Assembly: GCA_963775165.1 (NCBI GenBank)
Contig: CAVZHX010000001.1
Location: forward strand, 259,823 to 323,822
Direction: 5' to 3'
DNA: 64,000 nucleotides
Source: an uncultured Pseudomonadota bacterium
GTDB lineage: Bacteria > Pseudomonadota > Alphaproteobacteria > Micropepsales > Micropepsaceae
The translations under genes were made by a program, and so were the position numbers. Shown in pieces: positions 1 through 11,850 of this stretch (position 1 is the first letter of the stretch; every line of letters begins with the position of its first letter). Below the pieces are notes generated by a model. The model did no database searches and had not been told where the DNA came from. It was given only the letters and a program-made list of their open reading frames with translations.

Positions 1-837
1 AATTACGACCAGGCCGACTATCAGGAGGACACCACCGGCGGCACCATCCGCTTCGGCTTTCCGACCTCCGAATACACCAGCGTGCAGGTGAACTACGGCT
101 ATCAGATCCAGAAGATCACGCCCTATTACGGCGCGCCCCTGTCGGTGCAGCAAGCGGCCGGTTCGGAAACTGTCTCGCAGTTCGGCTTCAGCTACAACTA
201 CAACACGCTCGACGATCCCGTGAAGCCGACCAAGGGAGTGGCGTTTTCGATCGGCCAGGATTTCGCGGGTTTCGGCGGCACGCTGAAATATCTGCGCACC
301 ACGCTCACCGCCGTCACCTATCACTCGTTGATCTGGGACGATCTGGTCGGCTCGTTGAAGCTCAGGTCCGGCTACATCACCGGCTATGGCGGCAAGCATT
401 TGCCGCTCAACGAGCGCTTCTTCGAAGGCGGCCAGACTTTCCGCGGCTTCAAGATCGCCGGCGTCGGCCCGCGTCAGATTCGCCAGAACGGCCAGGACGT
501 CAGCACCTATGGTGCCATCGGCGGCAACGTCTACATCATTGGTTCGGCGGAACTCAGGATCCCGCAGTTTCTCCCCGCCGATTACGGGATTAATATGTCG
601 CTATTCAGCGATTTCGGCACCTTGGGTCATATCGACGCTGGCGTGCAGTCATGCCCAGATATAAATTCGAGCCCAAATTGTATCAAGGACAACATGGCGT
701 TCCGGGCATCGGTCGGGATTGCCATCGGCTGGAAATCGCCTTTCGGCCCTGTTCAAATCGATCTAGGCATGCCGGTCATCAAGGAAAGCTACGACAAGTC
801 ACAAGCCATTCTCTTCAGCGCAGGGACAGGACTTTGA
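1..837 (+). CDS. bamA: Outer membrane protein assembly factor BamA (C-terminal part, 5' truncated by window)
   Basis: Frame 1 open from base 1; ERFFEGG..FRGF and WKSPFGPVQIDLG motifs; lies upstream of skp-lpxD. Confidence 0.95.
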   Translation, partial: NYDQADYQEDTTGGTIRFGFPTSEYTSVQVNYGYQIQKITPYYGAPLSVQQAAGSETVSQFGFSYNYNTLDDPVKPTKGVAFSIGQDFAGFGGTLKYLRTTLTAVTYHSLIWDDLVGSLKLRSGYITGYGGKHLPLNERFFEGGQTFRGFKIAGVGPRQIRQNGQDVSTYGAIGGNVYIIGSAELRIPQFLPADYGINMSLFSDFGTLGHIDAGVQSCPDINSSPNCIKDNMAFRASVGIAIGWKSPFGPVQIDLGMPVIKESYDKSQAILFSAGTGL

Positions 838-841
838 AATC

Positions 842-1462
842 ATGGAAAAGATCAAGATAACAGGCCTCACGGCCAAGATTTGTGCGGCGGCGGTGCTCGC
901 AGCCGCATTCTCGTTCGCCGGTTCGGCCGCCGCATGGGCGCAAAACGCCGCCGCGCCAGCCACGCAAAACACGCCGGCCCCGAAAATTCTGGTGCTCGAC
1001 CGCAACGCGATCATGAGCGAATCGGACGTCGGCAAGGACATCGCCAGCCAGGTGAAGGCCTACACCGCCGCCGCCCAGAAGGAACTCAAGGGCGAGAACG
1101 ATCGCCTGCAGAAGGAAGAGCAGGAGCTGCAGCAGCAGGTCGCGATCCTGGCGCCCGACGTGAAGAACAAGAAGATCGCCGCTTTCGAGGCCGAGCAGCA
1201 GGCCTTCCAGAAGAAGGTGCAGACCCGGCAGAGCGAAATCCAGGGCGGCGTCGCGCAGGCGCAGCAGGTGGTCGAGAAGGCACTCGGTCCGATCCTGCAG
1301 GGGATCATGGCAGAGCGCGGGGCCAATCTCTTGATGGACCGCAGTGCGATCATGCTCGGCACCGTCAACATCGACGTGACCGCGCTCGCCATCGACCGGC
1401 TCAACAAGAAGCTGACGTCGGTCAAGGTGAACCTGGTCAAGCCGCCGGGCTCGCAAGGATAG
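842..1462 (+). CDS. skp: OmpH/Skp periplasmic chaperone
   Basis: Signal peptide, KILVLDRNAIMSES..GK, long coiled coil, IDVT C-terminus; synteny bamA-skp-lpxD. Confidence 0.9.
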   Translation: MEKIKITGLTAKICAAAVLAAAFSFAGSAAAWAQNAAAPATQNTPAPKILVLDRNAIMSESDVGKDIASQVKAYTAAAQKELKGENDRLQKEEQELQQQVAILAPDVKNKKIAAFEAEQQAFQKKVQTRQSEIQGGVAQAQQVVEKALGPILQGIMAERGANLLMDRSAIMLGTVNIDVTALAIDRLNKKLTSVKVNLVKPPGSQG

Positions 1463-1504
1463 CGGGGCAGAGCGGGCGCGTCGGGCGCCCGACAGCGCGC
1501 GGCG

Positions 1505-2545
1505 ATGGCCGATCCACGCTTCTATGACAACCGCGGTCCCTTCACGCTCGCCGAACTGTGCGCGAAGATCGCGGCTGCGCCGGATGCGGGCGCGGATGCG
1601 TCGGCACTGGTCCACGATCTGGCGTCGCTGGAAGGGGCGGGCCCCGGCCAGCTTGCCTTTTGCGACGGCAGCCGGGCCTCGTTCAGGACGCTTGCCGCCA
1701 GCTCGCCCGGCTTCTGCCTGATCGCGGGAGGGACGCGGCCGGCCGACGCGCCGGCGGCGGCGATCATGCTGCACACCGCCGATGCGGTTTCGGCCTTCGC
1801 CGCGGCTGGCCGTCTCTTCTATCCCCAAAGCGAGGCCATGGTCTGGCCGCAGCAGACCCCGGTCGATCCGACCGCCGTGCTCGCGAGCGAGGTGCTGCTC
1901 GGCCCGGGCGTCGTCATCGGCCCGGGCGCCGAAATCGGCGCGCGCACGCGCATCGGTGCCAACGCCGTGATCGGCCCGGGCGTTGCAATCGGCCGCGACT
2001 GCGAAATCGCCTCCAACGTGACCATCATGAACAGCTATATCGGCGACCACGTTGTGATCCAGCCCGGCGCACGGATCGGGCAGGGGGGCTATGGCTTCGC
2101 TTCCGGGCCGCAGGGACATGCGAAAATTCCCCAGCTCGGCCGCGTCATCGTCCAGGATCACGTGGAGATCGGCGCCAATTCGGCCATCGATCGCGGCGCG
2201 CTGGGCGATACCACCATCGGCGAAGGAACCAAGATTGATAATCTGGTTCATATTGGGCACAACGGCCGTCTCGGTCGGCACTGTCTGATCACCGGGCAGG
2301 TCGGTTTCGGCGGCAGCGCCGAGCTTGGAGATTTCGTGATCGTGGGTGGGCAGACAGCCATTGGCGATCACACCAAGATCGGTGACGGCGCCCGCTTTGC
2401 TGCCAGGAGCGGCGTCCAGCCGGGCGAATATCCGGGCGGAATGGATTATGGCGGCTATCCGGTCCGGCCGATGAAGGACTACCGCCGCGAGGTTGCGGCC
2501 TTGGCGTTGCTCGCCAAGCGCGGCAAGCGGGACAAGAATGAGTGA
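1505..2545 (+). CDS. lpxD: UDP-3-O-(3-hydroxyacyl)glucosamine N-acyltransferase
   Basis: Hexapeptide repeats; [25 protein letters not shown] and [12 protein letters not shown]. Confidence 0.96.
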   Translation: MADPRFYDNRGPFTLAELCAKIAAAPDAGADASALVHDLASLEGAGPGQLAFCDGSRASFRTLAASSPGFCLIAGGTRPADAPAAAIMLHTADAVSAFAAAGRLFYPQSEAMVWPQQTPVDPTAVLASEVLLGPGVVIGPGAEIGARTRIGANAVIGPGVAIGRDCEIASNVTIMNSYIGDHVVIQPGARIGQGGYGFASGPQGHAKIPQLGRVIVQDHVEIGANSAIDRGALGDTTIGEGTKIDNLVHIGHNGRLGRHCLITGQVGFGGSAELGDFVIVGGQTAIGDHTKIGDGARFAARSGVQPGEYPGGMDYGGYPVRPMKDYRREVAALALLAKRGKRDKNE

Positions 2546-3041
2546 GACGATGACGGCCGGCGATCTGGTTCTCGATGCGGAGGATATCAAGCGCCTCCTG
2601 CCGCATCGCGCGCCATTTCTGTTCGTCGAGCGGCTGAGCGACATCGTGCCGTACGAAAGTGCGGTGGGCCACAAGGCGGTGGCGAGCGATGAGTCCTATT
2701 TCCGGGGTCATTTCCCCGGCTATCCGGTGATGCCGGGCGTGCTGCTGGTCGAAGCGATGGCGCAGACGGCTGGCGCGCTGGTGGTCCATTCGCTGGGCGT
2801 GGGCGGTCAAGGACACCTGGTCTATTTCATGGCCATCGACAGGGCACGCTTCCGCCGCCCGGTCGTGCCCGGCGAGATGCTGCGCTTTTACGTGAAGGCG
2901 TTGCAGCGGCGCGGCCCCGTCTGGCGCTTCGAGGGCAAGGCCTATGTCGGCGATGCGCTGTGCGCCGAGGCAGAATTCAGCGCCATGATCCGCAACACGG
3001 AGCACCAGTCAGGTGACGATTCATCCGACGGCATGCGTTGA
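2538..3041 (+). CDS. fabZ: 3-hydroxyacyl-ACP dehydratase
   Basis: [11 protein letters not shown] and [20 protein letters not shown]; ATG at 2538 overlaps lpxD end. Confidence 0.96.
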   Translation: MSETMTAGDLVLDAEDIKRLLPHRAPFLFVERLSDIVPYESAVGHKAVASDESYFRGHFPGYPVMPGVLLVEAMAQTAGALVVHSLGVGGQGHLVYFMAIDRARFRRPVVPGEMLRFYVKALQRRGPVWRFEGKAYVGDALCAEAEFSAMIRNTEHQSGDDSSDGMR

Positions 3042-3825
3042 AAACGGCGCAAAGCTCGGGGATGGCGTCGAGGTCGGACCCTTCTGCCTTGTCGGCGGCG
3101 AGGCCGAGCTGGGCGATGGCGTGCGGCTTCTCTCACATGTGGTTATCGCCGGCGCGACGGCCATCGGGCCGCGCACCATTGTCCATCCCCACGCGGTGCT
3201 CGGCGGCGAGGCGCAGATCCGCGGCCACGACCCCGCCGGCACCCGGCTCGAGATCGGCGAGGCTTGCGTGATCCGCGAACATGTGACGATGAGCCGTGGC
3301 AGCGCCCGCGGCCATGGCGTCACGCGCGTCGGCGGCCGCGGCTATTTCATGTCCTATAGCCACGTCGCCCATGATTGCGCGATCGGCAACGACGTCACCT
3401 TCGCCAATGGCGTGCAGCTCGGCGGTCACGTCGAGATCGGCGAAGGCGCCAATCTCGGCGGCCTGTCGGCGATCCAGCAATTCGGCCGCGTCGGCCGTTT
3501 CGCCTTCATCGGCGGCGTCACCGGCGTCAACGAGGACGTGATCCCCTATGGCATGGCCATCGGATCGCGTGCGGAACTCACGGGCCTCAATCTTGTGGGG
3601 CTCAAGCGGCGCAATCTGCCGCGCGCCAGCATCCACGCACTGCGCGGGGCCTTCCGCGCGATCTTCCGGGACGACACAGGCACCATCGATGACCGCGCCC
3701 GCCGTGCCGCCGAACGCTGGCCCGACGTCGATGAAGTCCAGGAGGTCGTGGCCTTCATCCTGGCGCCGGCCAAGCGGCCGATCTGCACCGCGCGCGACCG
3801 CGGCGCCGCAACGGACGGCGAGTGA
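3013..3825 (+). CDS. lpxA: UDP-N-acetylglucosamine O-acyltransferase
   Basis: IHPTA start, hexapeptide repeats, HVAHDC, GLNLVGLKRR. Confidence 0.96.
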   Translation: MTIHPTACVENGAKLGDGVEVGPFCLVGGEAELGDGVRLLSHVVIAGATAIGPRTIVHPHAVLGGEAQIRGHDPAGTRLEIGEACVIREHVTMSRGSARGHGVTRVGGRGYFMSYSHVAHDCAIGNDVTFANGVQLGGHVEIGEGANLGGLSAIQQFGRVGRFAFIGGVTGVNEDVIPYGMAIGSRAELTGLNLVGLKRRNLPRASIHALRGAFRAIFRDDTGTIDDRARRAAERWPDVDEVQEVVAFILAPAKRPICTARDRGAATDGE

Positions 3826-4667
3826 TGGCTGGCGCGCTCGGCATCATCGCCGGCGGCGGAGAGCTTCCGCTTGCCGTGGCCGAGGCCGTCCGGGCCTCGG
3901 GCCGCGAAGTCTTCATTCTGGCGCTCAAGGGTTATGCCGGCGAAGGCGTGGCGCGCTTCGACCATGACTGGAATTCGCTCGGCGAAGTGGGCCGCGCCGT
4001 GAAGCTGTTGCGCGCCCATGGCTGCAACGAGGTGCTACTGGCGGGTAAGGTGGCAAGACCGCGTTTTTCCGACATCAAGCTCGATGCCAAGGCGGTGCTG
4101 CTGTTGCCCAAGGTGCTGGCGGCGGCGCGGCGCGGCGACGATGCGCTTCTGCGCGCCTTGGTGGCGATCTTCGAGGATGAGGGCTTCGCCGCCATCGGGG
4201 TCGCCGAGGCCGCGCCCGCGCTGGTGGCGGGGCAGGGCACGCTCGGCCGCATCGCTCCGTCCACGGACGATATGGCGGACATCGCGCTGGCGATCAAGGT
4301 GGTGCGCGCGATGGGCGGCCTCGACATCGGCCAGGCGGCGGCGGTGTGCCACGGCCTGGTGCTCGCCGTCGAAGCTGCCGAAGGCACCGACCGCATGATC
4401 GCGCGCATCGGCGAGCTGCCCGAAAGCATCCGCGGCACGCCCGCGAAGCGGCGCGGGGTCCTCGTCAAGGCGCCCAAGCCGGCGCAGGACGGCAAGACCG
4501 ACCTGCCGGTAATCGGCGCCGACACCGTCGTCCATGTCGCCGCCGTGGGCCTTGCCGGGATTGCGGTGGAGGCCGGCCGCACCCTCATCATGAATCGCGC
4601 GGCGGTCGCCAAGGCCGCCGACGAGGCCGGCATCTTCGTCGTCGGCCTTGCGCCGCAATCCGGCTGA
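3822..4667 (+). CDS. lpxI: UDP-2,3-diacylglucosamine pyrophosphatase LpxI
   Basis: LGIIAGGGELP, DIGQA, AVEAAEGTDRM, KPAQD..DLPVIG; between lpxA and lpxB. Confidence 0.93.
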   Translation: MMAGALGIIAGGGELPLAVAEAVRASGREVFILALKGYAGEGVARFDHDWNSLGEVGRAVKLLRAHGCNEVLLAGKVARPRFSDIKLDAKAVLLLPKVLAAARRGDDALLRALVAIFEDEGFAAIGVAEAAPALVAGQGTLGRIAPSTDDMADIALAIKVVRAMGGLDIGQAAAVCHGLVLAVEAAEGTDRMIARIGELPESIRGTPAKRRGVLVKAPKPAQDGKTDLPVIGADTVVHVAAVGLAGIAVEAGRTLIMNRAAVAKAADEAGIFVVGLAPQSG

Positions 4668-4670
4668 ACC

Positions 4671-5873
4671 ATGAGCGAGGCGCAGTCCTCCGGCCCGCGG
4701 CTGTCGCTGATGCTCGTCTGCGGCGAGCCTTCGGGCGACCAGATCGGCGCCGAGCTGATGGCGGCGCTACGAACGCTGGCGCCGTCCGCGATCGTCACCG
4801 GCGTCGGCGGCGCGGCGATGACGGCGCAAGGCCTGCGCTCGCTCTTTCCGCTCGACGCCACTGCGGTCATGGGTCTGCGCGAAGTGGTGCCGCGGATTCC
4901 GGCGATCCTTGCCCGCGTGCGCGAGGCCGCCGATTTCGCCGTGCGCACCCGGCCCGACGCGGTGGTGCTGATCGACAGCCCGGATTTCACCCATCGCATC
5001 GCCCGCGCGATCAAGCGCCGCGACAGGAGCCTGCGCACCGTCAATTACGTGGCGCCGCAGGTCTGGGCCTCGCGCTCCTACCGCGCGCGCGCAATGGCGC
5101 GCTATTTCGATCTGGTGCTGGCGCTATTGCCGTTCGAGGCACCGTTCTTCGAATCCTATGGACTGAAGACGGTGTTTGTCGGCCATCCGGCGATCCAGCG
5201 CGCGGCGCGGATGACCGGAGGCGCGGGGCTGCGCGCACGCCTCGGGATCGCCGCCGATGCGCCGCTGCTTTGCGTGCTGCCGGGCAGCCGCATGAACGAG
5301 GTGCGACTGTTGTTGCCGGTGTTCCGCCAGGCGGTGGCGCGGCTGGCGAAACAAATTCCCGGCCTCGTCTGCGTCCTGCCGACACTGGCCCATGTGGCTC
5401 GGCGCGTGCGCGATGGGGCGCGGGAGTGGCCGGTGCCGCTGCACATCCTCGAAAGCGAGGACGACAAGTTCGCCGCCTTCGATGCCGCCGACGCGGCGCT
5501 CGCGGCTTCCGGCACCGTGACGACCGAACTCGCGCTTGCGCAAACGCCGATGGTGGTGGGCTACAAGCTCGGCTGGCTGACCTACAAGCTGATGCGGCCC
5601 TTCATCCATGCGCCCTTCGTCACGCTGGTGAACATCGTGCTGGGCCGCGAGGCGGTGCCGGAATTCATCCAGGAGAAATGCACGCCCGGCTCGCTCGCCG
5701 CCGCGCTCGTGCCGCTGTTGCGCGACGAGGCCGCGCGGGCCGCGCAATTGCGCGACCTTGAAGAGGCGACGAAGCGGTTGGGCGCGGGCGGCGAAGCGCC
5801 AAGCCTGCGCGCGGCCCAGGCGCTGATCGACTTCGCGCGCGCGGCGCCTCAGCGCCGGGCGATCGGCTTGTAG
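4671..5873 (+). CDS. lpxB: Lipid-A-disaccharide synthase
   Basis: [36 protein letters not shown]. Confidence 0.96.
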   Translation: MSEAQSSGPRLSLMLVCGEPSGDQIGAELMAALRTLAPSAIVTGVGGAAMTAQGLRSLFPLDATAVMGLREVVPRIPAILARVREAADFAVRTRPDAVVLIDSPDFTHRIARAIKRRDRSLRTVNYVAPQVWASRSYRARAMARYFDLVLALLPFEAPFFESYGLKTVFVGHPAIQRAARMTGGAGLRARLGIAADAPLLCVLPGSRMNEVRLLLPVFRQAVARLAKQIPGLVCVLPTLAHVARRVRDGAREWPVPLHILESEDDKFAAFDAADAALAASGTVTTELALAQTPMVVGYKLGWLTYKLMRPFIHAPFVTLVNIVLGREAVPEFIQEKCTPGSLAAALVPLLRDEAARAAQLRDLEEATKRLGAGGEAPSLRAAQALIDFARAAPQRRAIGL

Positions 5874-7162
5874 TCGCGGGGGCCAGCGCCGGTGTAAAGC
5901 TGGCGCGGCCGGCCGATCTTCTGATGCGGGTCTTCGAGCATCTCCTTCCACTGCGCGATCCAGCCCACCGTGCGCGCCAGCGCGAACAGCGCCGTGAACA
6001 TCGAGACGGGGAAGCCCAGCGCCCTGAGCGTGATGCCCGAATAGAAATCGATGTTGGGATAGAGCTTCTTCTCGATGAAGTAGTCGTCGTGCAGCGCGAT
6101 TTTCTCGAGCTCCATCGCCACCTTGAGCAGCGGTTCGTCCTTCATGCCGAGCTCGTCGAGCACGGCATGGCACTGCTGCTGCATCGCCTTGGCGCGCGGG
6201 TCGTAATTCTTGTAGACGCGATGGCCGAAGCCCATCAGGCGGAAGGGATCGTTCTTGTCCTTGGCGCGGGCGACGAATTCGGGGATGCGGTCGACCGTGC
6301 CGATCTCCTCCAGCATCTTGAGCGCGGCTTCGTTGGCGCCGCCATGGGCCGGGCCCCACAGACAGGCGATGCCGGCGGCGATGCAGGCGAAGGGATTGGC
6401 GCCGGAGGAACCGGCGAGCCGCACCGTCGAGGTGGAGGCGTTCTGCTCGTGGTCGGCGTGCAGGATGAAGATGGTGTCGAGCGCCTTGGCCAGCACCGGA
6501 TTGATCTTGTACTCCTCGGCCGGCACCGCGAAGCACATGCGCAGGAAATTCTCGGTGTAGCCCAGCTGATTGAGCGGATACACGAAGGGCTGGCCGACGT
6601 GATATTTGAAGGCCATGGCCGCGATGGTCGGTATCTTGGCGATCAGGCGGTGGCTGGCGATCTCGCGCTGGCGCGGATCGGTGATGTCGGTGGAGTCGTG
6701 ATAGAAGGCCGAGAGCGCGCCCACAACCCCGCACATGATCGCCATGGGATGGGCGTCGCGCCTGAAGCCGCGGAAGAAGGAGGCGAGCTGTTCATGCACC
6801 ATGGTGTGCATGGTGACGGTGCGGTCGAAGTCCTCCATCTGCTTCTTGTCGGGCAATTCGCCGTGCAGGAGCAGGTAGCAGACTTCCAGGAAATTCGAAT
6901 GCGCGGCGAGTTGGTCGATGGGATAGCCGCGATAGAGCAGCATGCCCTTGTCGCCGTCGATGAAGGTGATCTGGCTTTCGCAGCTCGCCGTCGAGGTGAA
7001 GCCGGGATCGTAGGTGAAGATGTCGGCGGTGCCGTAGAGCTTGCGGATGTCGACGACGTTGGGCCCGACGGTTCCGGCCAGGACCGGAAGCTCATAGTCC
7101 GCGCCGCCATAGGTCAGCTTGGCGGCGCCCGCCGGGGCGGCTTTGCTTTCTCTTATCGTCAT
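5849..7162 (-). CDS. gltA: Citrate synthase (type II)
   Basis: [36 protein letters not shown]. Confidence 0.98.
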   Translation of the reverse strand: MTIRESKAAPAGAAKLTYGGADYELPVLAGTVGPNVVDIRKLYGTADIFTYDPGFTSTASCESQITFIDGDKGMLLYRGYPIDQLAAHSNFLEVCYLLLHGELPDKKQMEDFDRTVTMHTMVHEQLASFFRGFRRDAHPMAIMCGVVGALSAFYHDSTDITDPRQREIASHRLIAKIPTIAAMAFKYHVGQPFVYPLNQLGYTENFLRMCFAVPAEEYKINPVLAKALDTIFILHADHEQNASTSTVRLAGSSGANPFACIAAGIACLWGPAHGGANEAALKMLEEIGTVDRIPEFVARAKDKNDPFRLMGFGHRVYKNYDPRAKAMQQQCHAVLDELGMKDEPLLKVAMELEKIALHDDYFIEKKLYPNIDFYSGITLRALGFPVSMFTALFALARTVGWIAQWKEMLEDPHQKIGRPRQLYTGAGPRDYKPIARR

Positions 7163-7284
7163 TTAGGTGCTCCTCTCCACGGCGGGCCCCCGCGCGGGGG
7201 CCCAAGCCGCCCATCTTGCACTGCACAATTATAGCCGCACTTGGTTAATGACGTCACCTGATTCCGTTGCCGGCGGTGCTTCTT

Positions 7285-8709
7285 TCATTCCCCCGTAATG
7301 GCATAAGCCCTTATCCGCTTGAGCGATTCTTCGCGCCCCAGCACCGCCATCATGGAGAAGATCGGGGGCGAGGCGGCCCGCCCCGTCAGCGCCGCCCGCA
7401 GCGGCTGGGCCACTGCCCCCAGCTTGAACTCTCCCGCAGCCGCGAAGGCGCGCACGGCCTCCTCCAGCGCGGGGCCTTCCCAGGCACAACCCTCCAGCAC
7501 CGGCATTACGCGTGCGAGCATCGCACGCGCCTCTTTGCCGAGCAGTTTCTCGGCGGCGGCGTCGAGTTCGCGCGGGCCGTCGGTGTACAGAAAGTCGGCC
7601 GCCTGGCTCAGTTCGACCAGGGTCTTGGCCCGCTCCTTGAGGTCGGGCATTGCGGCCATCAGCCGTGCCATGGCTTTTCCGTCCAGAATGCGCGCCGGAT
7701 TGAGACGGATCGTGAGGTCGATGGTTTTCCAGGCCAGCTCCACTTCGTCCACCTGGCGGATGTAGTGGCCGTTGAGATTGTCGAGCTTCTTGATGTCGAA
7801 GCGCGCCGGGCTCTTGCCGATGCCTTCGAGATTGAACCAGGCGATTGCCTGCGCGGTCGCGATGATCTCGTCGTCGCCGTGGCTCCAGCCCAGCCGCAGG
7901 AGATAATTGCGCATCGCTTCGGGCAGGTAGCCCATGTCGCGATAGGCTTCGACCGCCAGCGCGCCGTGGCGCTTGGAGAGCTTGGCGCCGTCGGCGCCGT
8001 GGATCAGCGGCACATGGGCGTAGACGGGTTCCGGCCAGCCCATGGCGGCGATGATCTGCAATTGGCGGGCGGCATTGTTGAGGTGATCGGCGCCGCGGAT
8101 CACATGGGTGATGCCCATGTCGAAATCGTCGACCACGACCGCCAGCATGTAGGTCGGCGTGCCGTCGGAACGCAGCAGGATCATGTCGTCGAGCTGGTCG
8201 TTGGCGAAGGTGACGTCGCCCAGCACGCGGTCGTGCACCACGGTCTCGCCGCTCTGCTCCGATTTCAGGCGAATGACGAAGGGTTTGCCCGCTTCGGCCG
8301 CGCCGGGCTCGCGATCGCGCCAACGCCCGTCATAGCGGATGGGCTGGCCCGCCGCACGCTGGGCTGCGCGCATCTCGTCCAGCTCCTCGGCCGTGGCATA
8401 GCAGCGATAGGCCTTGCCTTCGGCGAGCAGCCGCTCGGCGATCTCGCGGTGCCGGTCGGCGCGGCTGAACTGATAGACGACTTCTCCGTCCCAGTTGAGC
8501 CCCAGCCATTGGAGGCCGCCCAGAATCGCCTCGATGGCGGGTTTGGTGGAGCGGGCGCGGTCGGTGTCCTCGATGCGCAACAGGAACGTTCCGTTTTCGT
8601 GCCGCGCATAGAGCCAGTTGAACAGCGCCGTGCGCGCGCCGCCGATATGCAGATATCCGGTCGGCGAGGGCGCAAAACGCAGGACGGGTTTGGAATTTTG
8701 AGGCATCAT
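7285..8709 (-). CDS. gltX: Glutamate--tRNA ligase
   Basis: [14 protein letters not shown] (HIGH-type) and KLSKR; start placed at [12 protein letters not shown]. Confidence 0.96.
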   Translation of the reverse strand: MMPQNSKPVLRFAPSPTGYLHIGGARTALFNWLYARHENGTFLLRIEDTDRARSTKPAIEAILGGLQWLGLNWDGEVVYQFSRADRHREIAERLLAEGKAYRCYATAEELDEMRAAQRAAGQPIRYDGRWRDREPGAAEAGKPFVIRLKSEQSGETVVHDRVLGDVTFANDQLDDMILLRSDGTPTYMLAVVVDDFDMGITHVIRGADHLNNAARQLQIIAAMGWPEPVYAHVPLIHGADGAKLSKRHGALAVEAYRDMGYLPEAMRNYLLRLGWSHGDDEIIATAQAIAWFNLEGIGKSPARFDIKKLDNLNGHYIRQVDEVELAWKTIDLTIRLNPARILDGKAMARLMAAMPDLKERAKTLVELSQAADFLYTDGPRELDAAAEKLLGKEARAMLARVMPVLEGCAWEGPALEEAVRAFAAAGEFKLGAVAQPLRAALTGRAASPPIFSMMAVLGREESLKRIRAYAITGE

Positions 8710-8767
8710 CGGGGTATCCGGCGGGGCGCGGGTCGGAGTTGCTGAGGCTTCTAGCAAACCGGTTTCC

Positions 8768-10966
8768 GTGGGGGTAGGTCCGTTATCGCATTTCCGGCGC
8801 ATGGCGCCGGCCGCCGCCGTCAGCGCCGAGTTCGGCGCCTGGCCGAAGGCGGCGCTTGCCTGGCTCGTTCGCGCCTGGAATGCCGATGCGGTCAGGCGGC
8901 CCTTGTGGCTGCCGGTGGGACTGGCCGCGGGGATCGCCGTCTATTTTGCGCTCGGCGCCGAGCCTTCTGCGGCGTGGGGGCTTGCCATCGGTGTCGGCGG
9001 GATCGGCTTCGCGCTCGCGGCGATGCTGTCCTCCGCCCGGCCGGATCTAAGAGCCGCGCTCGCCTTTGCCGCCGCGCTCTGCCTCGGCTTCGGCGTCGCC
9101 AAATGGCGCACCGATAGGGTGGCGGCGCCGGTGTTGCAGCACCGGATCGGCCCAGTGCGTTTCGAAGGCCGCATCGTTTCCGCCGACGCCCACGGCAAGA
9201 CCACGCGGCTGTTGCTCGATGTCGCCCATGTCTCGCGGCTCGCGCGCGACAGGACGCCAGCGCGGCTGCGCATTTCCATTCACATGGCGCCGGCCGCGCT
9301 CGTGCCCGGTCATTGGGTCAGCGTGCTCGCGGTCTTGATGCCGCCGCCGGGGCCGGCCGCGCCCGGCGGCTATGATTTCGGGCGCTGGGCTTATTACCAG
9401 CGCATCGGCGCCGTCGGTTACGCCTACGGCAAGTCGCGGCCCATCGCGGCGCTGAGAACCGATACGTTGTTCGAACGCTGGTCGGCCGGCCTCGAAAAGC
9501 TGCGGGACAAGATGGCCGCGCATATCGAGGCCGTGATCCCCGGCCGGCGCGGCGCGATTGCCGCGGCCCTCATCACCGGCAAGCGCGGCGCCATCGACGA
9601 GGCCGATCAGACGGCCTTCCGCAACTCGGGGCTCGCCCATGTGCTGGCGATCTCTGGCTTGCATCTGGCGCTCGCCGGCGGCTTCTTCTTCTGGGTCGTG
9701 CGCGCATTGCTGGCGCTGTTTCCCGCCATCGCGCTCAATCATCCGATCAAGAAATGGGCGGCGCTGGCCGCGCTGATCGGCGCGGGCGGCTATCTTCTGA
9801 TCAGCGGCTGCGGGCCGCCGGCGGTGCGCGCCTACATCATGCTGAGCGTCATGTTCGCCGGCATTCTGTTCGACCGTCCGGCGCTGACCATGCGCTCGGT
9901 GGCGCTGGCCGCGGTGCTGATCCTGGCCTTCAAGCCCGAAAGCCTGATCGAGCCTGGCTTCGAGATGTCCTTCTCCGCGGTCACCGGATTGATCGCGCTG
10001 GCCGAATGGGATGCCGTGCGCCGCGCGAAACACGCCGATGCGCCGGCGCCGTCGAAATTCATGCGTCCGCTTCGCTATGTGATCGGCATCGCGCTCGCCA
10101 GCGTGATCGCGGGGCTCGCCACCGCGCCCTTCGCCATCTTCCATTTCGACCGCGCCTCGCAATTCGGGCTGCTCGCCAATGTGCTGGCGATGCCGGTGGT
10201 CGGGCTCGTCATCATGCCGGCGGCCACGGCGGCGATGGTGCTGATGCCATTCGGGCTCGACCGCTGGGCGCTGATCGTGATGGGCAAGGGCGTGGGTGCC
10301 ATGCTGGCGATTGCGGGGTGGGTGGCCTCGCTGCCGGGCGCGGCAACGGTGGTCGCGGTGTGGCCGGAGGCGGCGCTGCTGGTGGTGGTGGCGGGCGGAT
10401 TGTGGATCGCGCTGTGGAGGCGCAACTGGCGCTGGCTGGGGCTTGGCCCCATTGCCGCCGGATTGCTCCTCGTCGCTTTGGCGCGGCCGCCGGACGTTTT
10501 GATCGCGCGCAACGGCGCCGATGTCGCGGTCCGGCTCGCGAACGGAAGGCTCGCGCTGCTCGCAGCGCCCAAGGACGAATACGCCGCCGGCCAATGGCTC
10601 GCGCGCGACGGCGATTCAAACCTGCCCGAAGCGGCGGTCGCCACCGCCTCCGACGGCGTGCGCTGCGATGCCGACGGCTGCGTGGCGCGATTGCCGAATG
10701 GTGAGCTGCTCGCCGCCTCGGCGCGCTTCGATGCGCTGCGCACCGATTGCGCCGCAGCCGATATCGTCGTCAGCGCGGTGCCGGTGCGCCATGCCTGCCG
10801 CGGTCCCCGTCTCGTCATCGACCGCTTCGATGTGGCGAGGAATGGCGGTTACGCCATCCGCTTGCGCGGGACCGGCGACGTCCAAACCGTGCGCGTGTCG
10901 CGCGGCCGCCGGCCCTGGAGCGATTACCCGGCATGGATCTGGCGAGGCTTCAATAGCGCCGGATAA
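8768..10966 (+). CDS. comEC: ComEC/Rec2 family competence membrane protein
   Basis: [19 protein letters not shown], multiple TM segments; divergent from gltX; exact start uncertain (8768 or 8801). Confidence 0.9.
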   Translation: MGVGPLSHFRRMAPAAAVSAEFGAWPKAALAWLVRAWNADAVRRPLWLPVGLAAGIAVYFALGAEPSAAWGLAIGVGGIGFALAAMLSSARPDLRAALAFAAALCLGFGVAKWRTDRVAAPVLQHRIGPVRFEGRIVSADAHGKTTRLLLDVAHVSRLARDRTPARLRISIHMAPAALVPGHWVSVLAVLMPPPGPAAPGGYDFGRWAYYQRIGAVGYAYGKSRPIAALRTDTLFERWSAGLEKLRDKMAAHIEAVIPGRRGAIAAALITGKRGAIDEADQTAFRNSGLAHVLAISGLHLALAGGFFFWVVRALLALFPAIALNHPIKKWAALAALIGAGGYLLISGCGPPAVRAYIMLSVMFAGILFDRPALTMRSVALAAVLILAFKPESLIEPGFEMSFSAVTGLIALAEWDAVRRAKHADAPAPSKFMRPLRYVIGIALASVIAGLATAPFAIFHFDRASQFGLLANVLAMPVVGLVIMPAATAAMVLMPFGLDRWALIVMGKGVGAMLAIAGWVASLPGAATVVAVWPEAALLVVVAGGLWIALWRRNWRWLGLGPIAAGLLLVALARPPDVLIARNGADVAVRLANGRLALLAAPKDEYAAGQWLARDGDSNLPEAAVATASDGVRCDADGCVARLPNGELLAASARFDALRTDCAAADIVVSAVPVRHACRGPRLVIDRFDVARNGGYAIRLRGTGDVQTVRVSRGRRPWSDYPAWIWRGFNSAG

Positions 10967-11699
10967 GACCGACCAGCTTGCCCTGGATGCGCACGCGGTC
11001 GGCGCCATAGAGCCGCGTCTCGTAGGCAGGATTGGCGGCTTCGAGCGCGATGGAATCGCCGCGGCGGCGCAATCGCTTCAAAGTTGCCTCGGCTTCGTCG
11101 ACCAAGGCCACCACGATGTCGCCGGTGTTGGCGGTGTTGGATTCCTGGATGATGACGGTGTCGCCGTCGAGGATGCCGGCATTGATCATCGAATCGCCGG
11201 TGACTTCGAGCGCGTAATGATCGCCGCGCCCCAGCATCGAGCCCGGCACCGGAACGTCGGCGACCTTGTGCTGCAGGGCTTCGATCGGCGTGCCGGCGGC
11301 GATGCGGCCGAGCACAGGCACCGAGATCGAGTTCTCATTTTCGCCGCCATTGCGCCGGGGCGCGCCGGCATGGCGGGTGTCGGCGGCGAGCCGCACCTCG
11401 CCGCGGCCCCCGCGTCCGCCGGGCGCAGGGCTGAGCCGCATCGCCTGGCTGCGCGTGGTGGCCGGCCGCATGTTCTCGGCCATGTTCTCGGGCAGCTTGA
11501 TGATCTCGAGCGCGCGGGCGCGCTTTTCCATGCGCCGGATATAGCCGCGCTCTTCGAGCGCGGTGATCAGCCGGTGGATGCCGGATTTGGATTTGAGATC
11601 GAGGGCGTCCTTCATCTCGTCGAAGGAGGGCGGAATGCCGCTCTCGCGCACGCGCTCGTGAATGAACATCAAAAGCTCGTATTGTTTGCGCGTCAGCAT
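10950..11699 (-). CDS. lexA: SOS repressor LexA
   Basis: [26 protein letters not shown] cleavage site, GDSM and TLKR catalytic motifs. Confidence 0.98.
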   Translation of the reverse strand: MLTRKQYELLMFIHERVRESGIPPSFDEMKDALDLKSKSGIHRLITALEERGYIRRMEKRARALEIIKLPENMAENMRPATTRSQAMRLSPAPGGRGGRGEVRLAADTRHAGAPRRNGGENENSISVPVLGRIAAGTPIEALQHKVADVPVPGSMLGRGDHYALEVTGDSMINAGILDGDTVIIQESNTANTGDIVVALVDEAEATLKRLRRRGDSIALEAANPAYETRLYGADRVRIQGKLVGLIRRY

Positions 11700-11758
11700 C
11701 TTTTCTCTCTCCCCATGATTCGGCTCGCCCTGCCGAATGAGGCCGCCATTGGCCGTCC

Positions 11759-11799
11759 GAACAAATCCGAAACACTGGAGAATCGTTCTAGTTTAGTTC
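11759..11799 (-). promoter_or_regulatory. Alphaproteobacterial SOS boxes upstream of lexA
   Basis: Perfect GTTC-tagttta-GTTC at 11785-11799 and near-match GAAC-aaatccg-AAAC at 11759-11773, 60-100 bp upstream of the lexA ATG. Confidence 0.85.
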
Positions 11800-11850
11800 T
11801 AGGGGCGCGTCAATGCGCAAAATCTTGGGCCGGGCCCGAGAAAATGGGTC